Positions 14,113-27,349 of a stretch of DNA of 64,000 bases are shown here, piece after piece; positions within the stretch are counted from its first letter, which is position 1, and each line of letters starts with the position of its first letter. The position numbers were made by a program, and so were the translations under genes. This DNA is from Octopus vulgaris. Lineage: Eukaryota. The notes under the pieces were generated by a model. It was not told the origin of the DNA. It made no database searches and saw only the letters and a program-made list of their open reading frames with translations. Location of the stretch: the NCBI GenBank assembly GCA_951406725.2, contig OX597839.1, positions 12,524,001-12,588,000 on the forward strand, given 5' to 3'.

Positions 14113-14353
14113 TAACAAGTTGCCTCAGCTCCACATTGCTCAAAGTTTAAGTTTCATAGCCACTGAACAGATATTTGTCTACGTCTCCCAACATATGTCT
14201 ATCTGCATCAACATTACTTGTGGAACCAAATTAACTTGATAGTATATACTCGACTCAAAATACTTGTGTTCAGTGCTACTGTCTTTTAGTTATTACACAC
14301 ACACATACATATGTAGGTATCCAAGCATGTGTGTGTGTGTGTGTGTGTATGCA

Positions 14354-14401
<48 letters not shown>

Positions 14402-14667
14402 CAGAGACAATATCTATATGCATACATATATAAGCATACATGTACACACACGCACATATATATACACATACATATGCATGCACACACACACTCTTATATG
14501 TATGTATACATGTCACTTTGCAAGTTGTAGTATGAGGTTTAGTCCCACTGCATGACAAACAGAGCAAATGTGTGTGTGTGCATATGTGTGTATTTGTGTG
14601 TTTTGATATTCTTGAACACATCACTGCCTGAACAATTTGGTGATGAGATTTCCATTCCTTGTCACTC

Positions 14668-14705
<38 letters not shown>

Positions 14706-15062
14706 ATATGTATGTGTATACATGTCTGTACCTATCATCATCATCATTTAATATCTGCTTCCTTACTGGTATGGCATGGTTTCTACAACTGGATGCCCTT
14801 CCTAACACCTATCGCTATACAGAATTGTAATATTAATGCCATCCTTAAATAGAATCAAAATGACACAGAGTGCAACAAGGCTAGTGATTTCAGTAAAAGG
14901 AATGTCTATTTTAGAGGCTACTACTCAGTATCCATTAACTAAATTTGACAGATGAAACTTATGTCTACTTGAAGTTAAAGTAAAAAACACTGTCCAAGAC
15001 AATCAGATCTGAGAACTCATATACACACATAACAAGAGGTAAAATAGATTACAAATCCAGGC

Positions 15063-15143
<81 letters not shown>

Positions 15144-15371
15144 AATACAGTGTACATTTAAACACATGAGGTATCCATCATAGGATTCCTTGCACGCTAG
15201 AGAGGACAGTTAAATTCCAAACCACTAAGAGGGATAAAATTTTGAAGTGCAGACAGTGGAGCTTGGTACAGCCTCCAGCTCATCAATTCCTATTGAAAAA
15301 TCCAACCCATGTCAACATGGAAGATAGACATTAAATGATGATGATGATATCATACACACATACATTCAGAT

Positions 15372-15406
<35 letters not shown>

Positions 15407-16408
15407 TAAACATACATACATTCCTGGTTTGATGCTATTTGTCTGGAAAACAGAGCCAGTGCATGTGTTTTTCATATCATTATCTTGTTTGCCTGGCCAC
15501 TCATTAATGACTTTGGAAGGCCTAGTTTGTTGATAAGTTTATAACTTATTCTCCTATATAAAGTCTAAGATTGATTTATAAATTTACTCTCTGATCATCA
15601 CCGAGATAAGGGAGTCAAAAATATATTTGTTATGAGCCAAATCTTAAATGTTAAATTTTGGATTTAAATTTTTATTCACCCAAAAGAAAAAAAATTTTTA
15701 ATGATAAATAATAATAATAATAATTGTGTACAGTGCTCAGGTGCACTACAATGATGAAATTGATTTGTTCATCAATAAAAAGAAGAAAAAAATGAGTGAA
15801 ACAGCTGAAGTGAACCTCAACCCATTTCTGTTTTTATATATATATACATATACTTATAATAGAACTAGATACTTTCTATACTAAATCTTATCGGTTATTT
15901 GGTATATTTATATCTTCTATTTTTCTTCCTTTTTTTTTTATCTGTATTTTTTTGTAATACTTTTATCATTACTTTTCTATTTTTTCCATACATTATCTTT
16001 CCTTTGAGCATAAGCTCATGTTGATGTAATTCTCATTTGCTGCACTCGGGGTCCTATTTGTAACTTTAGATGACTGTTTCATATCAGTATTGATTGCACA
16101 CATCAGACAAATATCCCAACAACCTTTCTCTTTAGCATAATTTGTTTGTGTGTGTGTGTGTGTATACAAACACACATACACATGCACACAAAAGACTTTC
16201 TTTTACCTGAAGATGTAGCTCATGTTCTGCATTTTGAATGAATTTTTTGCATTTTGCAATAATGCAGACATGTAAGTAATTTATTTATTATCAAAAATGA
16301 TAATATAAGTTATTTGCATGTTGTTGAGTTACAAAGCAAATTTGTCATGGTATCTAGATTTTCCTTTTGTTAAATAAAAGTTCATCAAAACATTTCTCTG
16401 TCATTTAT

Positions 16409-16442
<34 letters not shown>

Positions 16443-16447
<5 letters not shown>

Positions 16448-16743
16448 GCAGCAAAATTTAGATTCAGATGAATATGGTACTTAAGTTAAAGGCACCAGAA
16501 TTTGGTATGGTATTATCCATATAAATCAAATGGGGTGATTATAATCAAAATAAGCAATGAGGATATCCAAGGTAGTGTAGTACAATCGTTTCATGCTACT
16601 TCATTTTATTAAACACTGTAAGAATTACATCAGTTTTAAAATGTCGAGCAATCTTCAGCCATATAGAATTTTTTGATTAAATGGACAATGTACATTTTTA
16701 TACTTATTTCATTTGCCAACATTACAAAGAGGGTAGATATATG

Positions 16744-16814
<71 letters not shown>

Positions 16815-17021
16815 TAAATAACATTACCCTCTTTGTAATGTTGGCTAATGAAATAAGTATAAAAATGTACATTGTCCATTTAATCAAAAATTCTATATGT
16901 GGCTGAAGATTGCTCGACATTTTAAAACTGATGTAATTCTTACAGTGTTTAATAAAATGAAGTAGCATGAAACGATTGTACTACACTACCTTGGATATTC
17001 TTTCTGCTTATTTTGATTATA
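16443..17021. mobile_element. Penelope-like fold-back element: ~205 bp near-perfect inverted arms around a (TA)n/(TAGA)n spacer
   Basis: Arms ~16539-16745 and ~16818-17021; the left extension 16443-16560 recurs at 32230-32360; hammerhead-like core in each arm. Confidence 0.8.
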
Positions 17022-17147
17022 TATATATATATATACACACAGACACATATGCACACACATATAAAAATATTACAGACTATAGATGTGATAAGAATTTATA
17101 AATTTTCAAGAAAACATGAAATAATTCTGGTTTTTAGTTTTGTTTTG

Positions 17148-17375
17148 TTTTTCAAACAGTGAATCCTGAAGCACAAATAAAGCTATAAATAACAGCATGT
17201 AAATATTGGTTGGAAAAACCTTTTGGATAGAAAATGTCAAAGGTTGTCAGTGAGACTCAAGCCCATATCTCCTGTGGATATAACAGACGTTCTACCATTG
17301 GACCAAAGCAACCCAATAGTTATATACCTTTATTTATAGCTTTATGTGTGCTTCAAGATCCCCTGTTCCAAAAAA
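17148..17375. mobile_element. MITE-like fold-back element with ~45 bp inverted termini and an internal tRNA-like cloverleaf (minus strand 17242-17313)
   Basis: Arms 17148-17192 and 17330-17375 pair with about 6 mismatches; a partial second copy lies at ~13558-13690. Confidence 0.7.
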
Positions 17376-17444
17376 AGAAAAAATGGAATTATTGCATATT
17401 ATAGTTTTCCTAATATAACTGTTAATTTTATCACTAACTGGCAC

Positions 17445-17750
17445 TCCTTTGGTTGTGAGGATGATGCAATCAACAGAACAGTCTGCTCATGAAATTAACA
17501 TTTAAGTGGTTGAGTACTCCACAGACATGTGTACAATTAATGTAGTTCTCATAGAGATTCAACATGACACAGAATATGTCGAGGCTGGCTCTTTGAATTA
17601 CAGGTACAACTCATTTTTACTAACTGAGTGGACTGGAGGAAATACAGTGAGATAAAGTGCCTTGCTCAAGAACACAGCACATCACTAGGAATCAAACTCA
17701 AGATCTTATGATCATTAGCCAAATACCATAATCACTAAGCCACACACCTT
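17445..17750 (-). mobile_element. Family C-related SINE, diverged
   Basis: CTGCTCATGAAATTAAC, CTGAGTGGACTGGAG and GAAATAAAGTG-like blocks shared with 50570-50885. Confidence 0.75.
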
Positions 17751-18786
17751 CATGTGTCTGGTTTATAATATATAAAGAGAAAAGAATATAATATTTTTAC
17801 AGTTGGGTCTCTATACATGTAAATAGCCCATTCTGGAATCTTGTTCATTAAACAGTGTTCATTACATAATTACAATTAATATGTGTATATGAATATAATT
17901 GTGCGCGTATGGTTATGTGTACGTGTGTGTATGTGCATGTGTGCAGATATATATACGTGTACATGTGTATGGTTGCATATATATGTGCACATATAGGCGT
18001 GTGTGTGGGTGTGCATGTATGTTTCACACGAGTGTGAATGAGCATAAGCATATAGGCACATATATGTGGGTGTGCATGCATGCATGTGTATGTATGTACA
18101 TGCGCACATACGCGAATCCTATGAGTGTATTTTACTTTCTCCCCTTCGGGTTTTTTTCCTATATTTAACGGTCATTCTAATAGCTCTTTCCTTTGTATTA
18201 ATAACGGTCATTTACATTGTAATTTCCCTTTGTTTAACGGTCATTATCATAGCATTTTTGTTTGTGTTAATAACTGATGAGATGCCGGAGCAGATTTCTG
18301 CCCTGACATCCGAAACTCAGGGTTTTTTTATGGCAACTGAATAATTGTCACATATTATATTACTGATGAAATCCATAAATGGATTTTAATGAACCATTTG
18401 TACATATTCTTGTAGCCACTTAAAAATTTGGGTAGTCTACTTGTTTGTAGTTCAAATTACAGCTCATTGGCTGAATATAATTTTCTTCAGAAAAATTTCA
18501 CAATACAATTTGTTCATTTAGTATACCATTTATATACATTGTTGTGTAGTTTACTCATGGTTTGTTATTCAAATATCAACATGCCAAGCAAATGGACTCC
18601 TACTCACTTAAATGAGTGTATAGTCTACTTATTGTTTGTTTATCAAATTCCAGCCTGTTATGTGAGTTTAATTTTCTTCAGAAAAACTGTTTGGTATTCA
18701 ATTTGTTCCTATAAAGAACCAGTCATATTTGGGTATTCCACTATATCTTTCTATCTATCTGTCTGTCTAGATGGATGGATGGATAG

Positions 18787-18817
<31 letters not shown>

Positions 18818-18957
18818 GATAGATAGATAGATAGAGAGATAGATAGGTGTATACAAATATGTGTGTGCGCATGTACAGAGTTGTCATGCAGTAGTGGAGA
18901 ACAAATAAAATACAAACACAGACACACATATACATGTGTGTATTTTTGTATGTATAC

Positions 18958-19011
<54 letters not shown>

Positions 19012-19581
19012 TCACACGTACATGACACACATGTATATGTATACACACATACACACACACACACACATATATATAAGTGGACAAATGTAAGAAAGTGTCA
19101 GTCAGCACATTCGATAGAAGTTACATATATTTATTTAAATAATAGTTTGCGTCAGCTCTATACAAACAGAGAGAGAGAGATGCATAAATATGAATAATTG
19201 AGCAACACACTTTATTGCTAAGTGTTAAGCAATAAATTGTTTCAATGTAGATTCACCAGCAGAAACCTTGCTTGAAGCATTATAAACTCCATGTATATCA
19301 TAGAATTACAGACATACATCCAGTGAAATAACAATCTCACTGCATGATAACATTTGTTAGCCAATACCTGTGGATGAGCTTTGCAAAGTGAACTACAGGT
19401 TTATACCCAATTTGAATTTACATGTGTTTGTGTGCATACACACACACACACTCACACACACATACATATAGATTCTTGATCACAACTGCCCAATGAACAG
19501 GAACATGAAACTTTGAGTAATAGCTTTTTGTGATGTTCTTGCAGCTTTAATAATAGAGAAAGTGTATATATATATATATAT

Positions 19582-19950
19582 AGGAGTGGCTGTGTGGTAA
19601 GTAGCTTGCTAACCAACCACATGGTTCCGGGTTCAGTCCCACTGCGTGGCATCTTGGGCAAGTGTCTTCTGCTATAGCCCTGGGCCGACCAATGCCTTGT
19701 GAGTGGATTTGGTAGATGGAAACTGTCGTATATATGTATATATATATATGTGTATGTGTTTGTGTGTCTGTGTTTGTCCCCCTAGCATTGCTTGACAACC
19801 GATGGTGGTGTGTTTACGTCCCCATCACTTATCGGTTCAGCAAAAGAGACCGATAGAATAAGTACTGGGCTTACAAAGAATAAGTCCCAGGGTCGATTTG
19901 CTCGACTAAAAGCGGTGCTCCAGCAATGACTGAAACAAGTAAAAGAGAGA
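19582..19950 (+). mobile_element. Family A SINE, near full-length and young
   Basis: A box TGGCTGTGTGG, B box GGTTCAGTCCC, internal (TA/TG)n and tail GACTGAAACAAGTAAAAGAG; CpGs intact; flanked by (TA)n. Confidence 0.9.
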
Positions 19951-19955
19951 AAGAA

Positions 19956-19993
<38 letters not shown>

Positions 19994-20604
19994 TATGTAA
20001 GTATATATTTTTGTCAGTGTGTGTGTATGTATTATACACGATTGTGTGTGTTATATAAATATGCATCATCATCATTATCATCACCACCACTATCACCACC
20101 TCTTCCATCACCATCACCACAATTATCATCATCATCCTTTTAATGGTTGTGCCCACATGTGCATGTGTGTGAGAGAGAGAGAAATATTGTGTGTGTGTGT
20201 GCACGTGTGCATATATATCATATTTTATCATCATCCACCATCCTACTCAATCTCAGAGAAAAAGAATGCACTAAGACAGACAAGAACCAATGATCTATAA
20301 TGCTTACAGCACCTTGATTCGTCTCATTAATTTCTAACCTGCTGACATTTGCAGTCGACCAACCAAACGAAAGTAGGTTTGGGTTATGTAACGACTCTTT
20401 ATCTCACAATGATTAACATATATAACACGCTATATGCTTATAACATAATATCTCATATTAAGTATTTAATGCTTTCGTGTGGCAACATAAAAATAAAAAA
20501 AACTATTTGCATACACACACACACACATACAAAACACACATATATAAGCATATATATATATCATACACATACATATACATATAGATACATATATATAAGC
20601 ATAT

Positions 20605-20940
20605 CATCATCATCATCATCATTTAACATCCATCTTCCATGTTGGCATGGGTTAGATGGTTTGACAGAAGCCAGCCAGGTAGAAAACTACACCAGGCTGC
20701 TGTATCTGTTTTGACATGGTTTTTACAGCTGGATGCCCTTCCAAATGCCAACCACTTCACATGTAAAAACAGCACCCACTACACTCTCTGAGTGGTTGGC
20801 GTTAGGAAGGGCATCCAACTGTAGAAACACTGCCAGATCAGACTGGAGCCTGGTGCAGTCTCCTGGCTTCTCGGAACTAGTTGAATCATCCAACCCATGC
20901 CAGCATGGAAAACGGACGTTAAACGATGATGATGATGATG
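20605..20940. mobile_element. Two inverted fragments of family D SINE (GGTTGGCGTTAGGAAGGGCATCC domain, (GAT)n tail)
   Basis: Minus-strand copy 20605-20757 and plus-strand copy 20762-20940, each ending in (CAT/GAT)n; the core resembles a V-SINE-like domain. Confidence 0.75.
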
Positions 20941-21199
20941 ATATATATATATACATATATGTGTGTGTGTCTGTGTCTGTGTCCCCGCAACTTAGTGGTT
21001 TGGCAAAAGTGACTGATAGAATAAATACCAGGCTTACAAAGAATAAGTCCTGGAATCAATTTGTTCAACTAAAGGTGGTGCTCCAGCATGGCTGCAGTTA
21101 CTTGACTGAAACAAATAAAAGAATCTACTTAATGAACAGGTTTTCCATCATTCTGCTGTGTATATACATGCATGCACACATGTATATACTATACTCTTT

Positions 21200-21600
21200 T
21201 AACTTTTATGTTTCAGTCACTGGACTGCAACCCTGCTGGGGCACCACCTTGAAGGGTTTTAATCAAATGAATTAATACCAATGCTTATTTTTTTATGCAT
21301 GGTACTTACTCGGTCTGTCACTTTTGCCAATCTGCTAAGTTATGGGGATGTAAACAAACAAACACCAATTGTCAAGCAATAGGTTGGGGAGCAAACACAA
21401 ACAGAAAGGCACACACACACACACATATTTGTACAAAAGGCTTCTTTCTGTTTTCATCTACCAAATCCACTCACTACAAGGCTTAGGTCAGCTTGGGGCT
21501 TATAGATGAAGAAACTTGCTCCAGGTGTCACAAAGTGGGGTTGGCCCTGGAACCACGTGGTTTGGGAGCAAACTTCTTACCACACAGTCACACCTGCACC
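21200..21600 (-). mobile_element. Family A SINE, diverged
   Basis: Reverse-complemented tail through head. Confidence 0.75.
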
Positions 21601-22004
21601 TTAAGTAGAGAGCTTTTGCATTTTTTCTGCAGTTCCCTGTTAAATACATGTAAGCTTACTTCCTGCAATCTCATGAATGCGCATTTCTTTCAATTATAAT
21701 TTTGGTAAATACACATTGGAATATCTGAATTACTATTATGAAGGTTTTTTGGAAGTGTTCCTATCTACTACATTTCTCCTGTCAAGTCCTTTGGCTCATG
21801 GACAGCACTTATGGCAATCTATTTAGAATGTATAGTATGATTTCTTTGAATACAAACAATAGTATTGGACAGATTTATATTTGTTAATGAGTTAATAATT
21901 ATAGTTTAATTTATACTCAATTACCCCAACCAAGCAGCAGTTAAGTACGTCTTAAACATCTATAGCATAGTAATTATATATATTATAATTTTATATATAA
22001 GCTG

Positions 22005-22215
22005 CAAGATGGCAGAATCATTAACATACTCGAACAATATATTTTGTGGGCATGTCTTCTGATTTTACATTCTGAGTTCAAATCCCACTGTGGTTGACTT
22101 TGCTTTTATCCCTTTGGGGGCCAATAAAATAAGTACCAGGTGAACACCGGGGAAGATGTAATCAACTTACTCCTTTCACTGAAATTGATGGCCTTGTGCC
22201 AAAATTTGAAACAAA
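22005..22215 (+). mobile_element. Family B SINE, diverged
   Basis: TTCTGAGTTCAAATCCC B box, GTTGACTTTGC and AATAAGTACCAG blocks. Confidence 0.7.
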
Positions 22216-22254
22216 TTAAATGTATATATATATATATATATATAGATATATATA

Positions 22255-24172
22255 CTAGCAGTATCGCCCAGCGTTGCTCGGGTTTGTAAGGGAAATAACT
22301 ATATAAGCATTTTTAGTGAGTTATAGCAAAAAAATAGCAAAAAATGCATTAAAAATGGAATAAAAAATTATGGTAATTTTTTTTTAAATCGTTGACTCAT
22401 CGTAGACATTTTTAGAGAGTTACTTCCCTTATATAATAGGGAAAAATGCATTAAAATGGAATAAAAATGATGGTAAATTTTTTTTTAAATCGTAGACTCA
22501 TCGTAGACGCGTGCTAATACCCAGAAGGGCTCGATATGAATGACGATTATAAGATACCCGGTTTTGGTTACACTGCACTGCAAAATGTGGGAGTAGTTAG
22601 GAATCTAAATCGTAGGAGACAGACACACAACCTTACTTTTATATATAATGACTAGCAGTATCGCCCGGCGTTGCTCGGGTTTGTAAGGGAAATAACTATA
22701 TAAGCATTTTTAGAGAGTTACTTCCCTTATAGATGCCAATTTGGGCTTTCTTAGCCATTTCTGTTTTGGTGTCTTCAAGCCATGAAGTCATTGTTCTAAA
22801 AGAACGCCGGTCTCCTTGACAACGCTTTACGACGTTAATTTCCTTACACTCCCTTCCCCACAGCTTCACGAGGGAGGGAAGAAGGGGGAGAAGCAAACAG
22901 GTGCAGGTGTGACCATGGACGCCAACTCCGCCGCCATCGGCACACGAAAAATTATGCATTAAAATGGAATAAAAAATGATGTTAAATTATTTTTAAAATC
23001 GTAGACTCATCGTAGACGTGCGCTAATACTCAGATGGGCTCGATATGAATCACGACTATAAGATACCCGAATTTGGTTAAACTGCACCGCAAAATGTGGG
23101 AGTAGTTAGGAATCTAAATCGAAGGGGACAGACACTCACACAACTACAGTTTTATATATATAGATTTGTGCAACAACTAAAACATTCGGTTGTGCAAATT
23201 GTTTGCACAGGAAACCTGCCCTATGTGGCGGTAATTGCCATTTTTGTGAATCTGTTTCAGCTTTTTTAGCGATTTCTGTTTTGGCGACTTCAAGCCATGA
23301 AGTCGTTGTTCTAAAAGAACGCTGGTCTCCTTGACAACGCATTATGACATTGATTTCCTTACACACCCTTCCCCACAGTTTCACGAGGGAGGGAAGAAGG
23401 GGGAGAAGCAACACAGGTGCAGCTGTGCGCGTGGACACCAACTCCGCCGCCATCAACACACGAAAAAATATGCATTAAAATGGAATAAAAAATGATGTTA
23501 AATTATTTTTAAAATCGTAGACTCATCGTAGACGTGCGCTAATACCCAGACGGGCTCGATATGAATCACGACTATAAGATACCCGAATTTGGTTAAACTG
23601 CACCGCAAAATGTGGGAGTAGTTAGGAATCTAAATCGAAAGGGACAGACACTCACACATATACTAGCAGTATCGCCCGGCGTTGCTCGGGTTTGTAAGGG
23701 AAATAACTATATAAGCATTTTTAGAGAGTTACTTCCCTTATAGATGCCAATTCGGGCTTTCTTAGCCATTTCTGCTTTGGTGTCTTCAAGCCATGAAGTC
23801 GTTGTTCTAAAAGAACGCTGGTCTCCTTGACAACGCATTACGATGTTGATTTCTTTACACTCCCTTCCCCAAAGCTTCACGAGGGAGGGAAGGGGGAGAA
23901 GCAAACAGGTGCAGCTGTGAGCGTGGATGCCAACTCCACCGCCATCGACACACGAAAAATTATGCATTAAAATGGAATAAAAAATGATGTTAAATTATTT
24001 TTAAAATCGTAGACTCATCGTAGATGTGCGCTAATAGCCAGACGGGCTCGATATGAATCACGACTATAAGCTACCCGAATTTGGTTAAACTGCACCGCAA
24101 AATGTGGGAGGAGTTAGGAATCTAAATCGAAGGGGACAGACACTCACACAACTACAGTTTTATATATATAGA
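22255..24172 (-). mobile_element. Tandem array of four non-autonomous Helitron units (22255-22651, 22652-23164, 23165-23660, 23663-24172)
   Basis: On the minus strand, units 1, 2 and 4 start with TC and end in hairpin CCCGAGCAACGCCGGG (one substitution in unit 1) + 8 nt + CTAG; no TIRs or TSDs; units share high identity. Confidence 0.85.
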
Positions 24173-24549
24173 TATATTTATATATTCAGCCAGCCACTAC
24201 TGCCAAGTGCCACAATCAGACGGAAACAAAATACAACGCCTTGAGATCTCTATAAGCAAAAACGTATGAAGTTCCAGGAATGTTATTATGAAAGATTAAT
24301 TTAATTTGTATTTATTTCAATTTATTTCCCCTTTTATTCCAGCTTGACTAGGTTGTCTTAAAGCAATTGAAACCAATAGCTGCCTAGTTAAAAATGTAGA
24401 TACTAGCTTCCTGTTTTCTACGATAAATTTCTCTAAGCATTTTACTCTTGTATTTTTTCAACAAACCAACATCCACACACACACACATACACACACACAC
24501 ACACACAGACACACACACTCACACATATATACATACATACATTCTCTCT

Positions 24550-24738
24550 TATATGTTTCAGTCAGTCAACTGTGACCATACTGGGGCACTACCTTGAAGA
24601 ATTTTAGTCAAAAATATCAACCCCAGTACTTAATTTGCTTTTATTAAGCCTTGCACCTGTTTTACCAGTCTCTTATCCTGCACTGCTAAATTATGGGGAC
24701 ATAAACACACCAACACCATACATATATACATTTAAACA

Positions 24739-24769
<31 letters not shown>

Positions 24770-25125
24770 CTTTTACTTGTTTCAGTCATTAGACTGCGGC
24801 CATGCTGGGGTACCACCTTGAAGACTTTTTAGTCAAGTGAATCAACCCCAGCACTTTTTTTCCTTTTTTTAAAACATAGTACTCATTCTATCAGTCTCTT
24901 TCACCAAACATCTGAGTTGCAAGGATGCAAACACAGGCATAGACACACACATGTATTTATACAACGGGCTTCTTTCAGTTTCCATCTATCAAATCCACTC
25001 ACAAGGCCTTGGTCAGCTTCGAGCAATAGTAGAACACACTTGCCAAAGGTGCCATGCAATGAGACTGAACCCAAAACATATATGGTTGGGAAGCAAGCTT
25101 CTTACCACATAGCCATGCCTGCACC
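24550..25125 (-). mobile_element. Two adjacent family A SINE copies (partial and near complete)
   Basis: TTGTTTCAGTCA-type tail occurs twice (~24553, ~24777); head ends near 25125. Confidence 0.75.
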
Positions 25126-25504
25126 TATATATCATCATCATAAATATATATGTATGCATGTATATACCTGCATAAATATGTGTGTATATATGGTATCTTT
25201 AGTCTAAACAAAAATTTATGTACTCACTATTAGGTAGAACTTAAGGTGAATGTACATGTTGCATTCGTATATTTTCTTACATATGTTTGTATGTTTCTTA
25301 GTGTGTGTGTTTGTGCATATAATAAACACATTTGAAGATATATAACATTGCAAAGAGCCTGATGTTATCACTTCCAGACAATAACACAATATTGACAATT
25401 ATGATTGTAACTTATTAGTTAATTAACAATGAATTAATCGCATAATTAATTTTATATAGCAATTATTTCAAACATAACATTACTATTCCCATTTTTACTT
25501 CAAA

Positions 25505-25900
25505 GCACCATCACCATCACCCTCATGATAAAAAACTAACATCATCAGCAGCATCAACATCACTATCATTATTGTCATCTTTATCATCATCATCACTATT
25601 TTTATCACTACCACTCGTCATAATCATCATCAATGTCATCATCATCATTGTCATCATCGTCATCGTCATCATCAGATTTACCTTCACCACCACTACCATT
25701 ATCATCATAACTATCATCTCTAAAATTATTCTCATTATCTTCATCATCAAACACAACATGAAATGTACAGAGCAAACAGGAATGATAAGAAAAAATAGTT
25801 CCACAACAACAACTACAACAGCATAAAAGTAATAATGACAACAACGATAATAAATAATAATAATAATAATAATAACAATTATGATAGTAATATTGATAAT
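25505..25900. repeat. Degenerate (CAT)/(CAA)/(TAA) trinucleotide low-complexity tract
   Basis: Read directly. Confidence 0.85.
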
Positions 25901-26344
25901 CACATCAGAATGTTTCTACTCTCACTATCTTGTGTTATGTAAGTGAAGAGCAATTCCTAAAGAGGAATGTTTCTGAAGCACAGTCGTTATTGCGATTAAT
26001 ATTCCTGTAATTATAATTTTTGTCTTTTTTACATAATAGCTTACTCTTTTTAAAGTGCTTAAATTTTGTATGTTTACACTGTTTTTATTCATAGTTGAGT
26101 CGTTAATATTTTTTATTGTTGATGTCTCTATAATTGTTTACATTCTTGGAATAATTTTTTTCTCTTGTGGTTTTTTTTTACTTTCTTAAAATAAACTTAT
26201 TTACATTATAATTTTTCATTTTACAGTTTGTTTTGTTTGTCTATTTAATGTGTATATGTATGTTCAAAATTTTGCTCTGGTTTGCATAAATTATAAGGTT
26301 TATTATCTACCTATCATTGTTTCGAAACGTGTGTGTGTGTGTCT

Positions 26345-26915
26345 GATCATCATCATCTTTTAACACCTGTTGTCCATGCTGGCATGGGTTGGATGGTTTG
26401 ACCAAGGCTGGTAAGCTGAGGGGGTTACACCAAACTCTAGTCTGATTTGCATGGTTTCTACAGCTGGACGCCCTTCCTAACACCAACCACTCTGAGAGTG
26501 TAATGGGGGCTTTTATGTGCCACCTGCACAGGTGCCAGTTGCGTGACACCAGTATCCGCCATGACTACGACTTCATTTGGCTTGATGGGTTTTCTTCTCA
26601 AGCATGACATAGTGCCAAAGGTCTCAGTCATTTGTCATTGCCACTGTGAGGCCCAATGCTTGAAAGGTGCTTTGTACATACCACTGGCAAAAGTGCCAGG
26701 TTATGCAACACTGGCATTGGCCACGTTGCCTCTGTGAGGCCCAACACTTAACAGGCACTTTTTATATGTTACCTGCATGGGTGCCAAATGCCTCCGTGAG
26801 GCTGAATGCTCAAAAACTGCAATTTATGTGCCAATTACGTGACACTGGCATTGTCCGCAACTCTGATATCACTTAACTTGATAGGTCTATTCAAGCACGG
26901 TCTATCACCAAAGGT
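26345..26915 (-). mobile_element. Family D SINE with internally repeated ~50-70 bp subunits
   Basis: (CAT)n tail, CCATGCTGGCATGGGTTGGA and GCCCTTCCTAAC; GTGAGGCCCAA...TTTATGTGCC-type unit repeated about three times. Confidence 0.75.
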
Positions 26916-26921
26916 CTATGT

Positions 26922-26956
<35 letters not shown>

Positions 26957-27349
26957 TATACATAATCATCATCGTCATCATTTAACATCCAGGGAGGGGT
27001 TGGACAGAATGACAGGAGCTGTCTTTAATGCCCTTCCAGCAACTCCAGAGTGGGTGGCAATTCACCAAAGAGAAGACCACTCCAGCACAATACCTCCAGC
27101 TTGCTGGTCACTACAGCCATCTTAGCCTGCTGAGCCACCATGGTTAGCCCTCTAAATCTAAAGAGTGAGATTGGAGTGGATTGACTGACTCTCACTTAAA
27201 AATAACTAAAGCACAAGCAGGAAGAAAAGCCCTGCAGCAATGGAGAAGAGATGAAAATGACAGGTATCGGATGGTATTGATAGATGCAACCTCACAAGTA
27301 GGCTTTGCCATTCCTCCTCTTGATCTTTGGACATGAAGAACTGTCATCA

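Noticed and set aside
22696-23967. Three similar minus-strand ORFs (SLVKLWGRECKEIN...) suggesting a tandem gene family
   Set aside because: They lie inside repeated non-autonomous Helitron units, with no recognisable domain or splice structure.
25952-25990. Further degenerate hammerhead-like strings (also ~7563, ~15795, ~18362, ~60228 and ~62557)
   Set aside because: They have multiple core mismatches or missing stems and cannot be distinguished from chance.
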